Shown here: piece after piece, positions 62,699-64,000 of the stretch
How the letters are laid out: each line of letters begins with the position of its first letter
Position numbering within the stretch: the first letter of the stretch is position 1
Assembly: GCA_030141605.1 (NCBI GenBank)
Contig: JAQGDQ010000605.1
Span: forward strand, 15,368-79,367
Length of the DNA: 64,000 bases
Source: Tubiluchus corallicola
Lineage: Eukaryota > Animalia > Priapulida
Direction: 5' to 3'
The notes under the pieces: generated by a model
Told to the model about the DNA's origin: nothing
The model's database searches: none
The model's input: the letters and a program-made list of their open reading frames with translations, nothing else
Position numbers and translations under genes: made by a program

Positions 62699-63763
62699 AT
62701 GTATTCGATTTTTGTGTGCGTAATGGCAGCATTTCTAGTTGGAGTTCACACAGGACCAGTTCCAAGTGCACAAGTTGGTTTGCAGCAGCAGCAGGGTGCA
62801 TACCAACAGCAAATACCAATTGGTCCAGGATTCTATCCAATTCCAGGTCCTTTTCCTCCACATCCAACATTTCCGCCACTACCTACTACACCAGACAGTG
62901 ATGATGTGGTTTCTGTCACGGAATTCTTGGAGGAAACGTTTCTGAAGCTCTTCCGCTGCCCCATTGACGAAGAAGAAGAAGAACATGCAGATGATGACAG
63001 CGCAGACAAGAAAATGGCTCTTGATCGGCTTAGCACTGATAACACAACAGATGAAGACTCGACCACACAAGACAAAGATGGCGGTGATACCAGCGGATCC
63101 GCACTACCAACTGACAAGAAGCCACTTGGTAAGTGTCCAGAACCAAAAGAAGTCGATATTGTTTGGGTGATTGATGCAAGTGGAAGTATAGGACAAAGTG
63201 ATTATAGCAAAGGAATTGAACTTGCCCAGACAATGGCAAAATTCGTCGACGCAGAGAATGGTGTAGGTCCTAACTCCACGCGAATGGCAGGAATCTCCTT
63301 TTCAACAAAGGTCCATGTGAACTTTAATCACCTCCAAGATGCAAAATCTAGTAATATCGAAAAAGTGTTGCAAGCATTCTCAGAATTTCCGTATGATGCG
63401 CAGAACACTGGCACACGACCAGCACTCCAGAAAGCTCTGGATTTATTGAATGATTTTGCTAGAGAAGATGCACAGAAAATCATATTCGTTTTCACCGACG
63501 GTGGGTCGAATCACGGAGGAGATCCCTGCACTCTGGCAGCTGACATTAAAGTCGAATACCCTGATGTGAACACCTTCTCCTGGGGTATAGGTCCATACAT
63601 CGTTGACAGAGAACTATATTGTATTTCCGGACAGTATTCAGCAGGTGGGGGTAAAGCCCCACAAGCACAAGTTTTCAAAACGTCTAGTTATGATAGTGCT
63701 CTGGGAGTTGCCAGTTTTGCACAGAAATCACTCTATAATAACTTCCAACAGTCATCACCTTAA
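62699..63763 (+). CDS. Secreted von Willebrand factor A domain protein, 354 aa, single coding exon
   Basis: Signal peptide MYSIFVCVMAAFLVGVHT; Q-rich, P-rich and D/E-rich segments; vWA domain DIVWVIDASGSIG (MIDAS DxSxS), T(G)TRPAL, IFVFTDG; AATAAA at about 63851. Confidence 0.9.
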   Translation: MYSIFVCVMAAFLVGVHTGPVPSAQVGLQQQQGAYQQQIPIGPGFYPIPGPFPPHPTFPPLPTTPDSDDVVSVTEFLEETFLKLFRCPIDEEEEEHADDDSADKKMALDRLSTDNTTDEDSTTQDKDGGDTSGSALPTDKKPLGKCPEPKEVDIVWVIDASGSIGQSDYSKGIELAQTMAKFVDAENGVGPNSTRMAGISFSTKVHVNFNHLQDAKSSNIEKVLQAFSEFPYDAQNTGTRPALQKALDLLNDFAREDAQKIIFVFTDGGSNHGGDPCTLAADIKVEYPDVNTFSWGIGPYIVDRELYCISGQYSAGGGKAPQAQVFKTSSYDSALGVASFAQKSLYNNFQQSSP

Positions 63764-64000
63764 TCCTGTATTGCATCACTTGTGTGCATTCAAAACTTTA
63801 TTGCAATTTAGTATTGGTACTATAGGATTATTTATTCATTTGTTAGTCTAAATAAAATTGATTCTGGTGCTTTTAATATAAATTATAAAACGAATAGCGT
63901 AAAAATAATTGTATTATGAAGTAACGACTAGCTGGTCCAGGTTGTTTAGGTTGCACAAGTTTCTTGAGTTACTTCAAAAGTGCTGGTATTTCTTACTTTT

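Overview
AT-rich invertebrate (metazoan) genomic DNA with spliced genes. In order: sorting nexin SNX3/12 (+, 4 exons, 161 aa); a 12-exon, 747-aa GH31 enzyme that closely resembles bacterial sulfoquinovosidase YihQ but carries a signal peptide and a GPI-like tail (+); a BOK-like Bcl-2 gene whose 5' end is out of frame (-); FoxO (-, 2 coding exons, 491 aa); an unidentified multi-exon gene (-); and an intronless secreted vWA protein (+). Introns and intergenic DNA contain three families of TTAA-flanked (Kolobok-type) non-autonomous transposons, hAT MITEs, LINE remnants, a SINE with a hybrid tRNA/5S head, and many minisatellites. Main leads: (1) a probable cell-surface animal sulfoquinovosidase with its sulfonate-binding and catalytic motifs intact; (2) tandem arrays that copy splice sites or a stop codon at four gene boundaries; (3) SNX3/12-FoxO linkage matching human paralogous regions. 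Exon models and homologies were read by eye; no searches were run.
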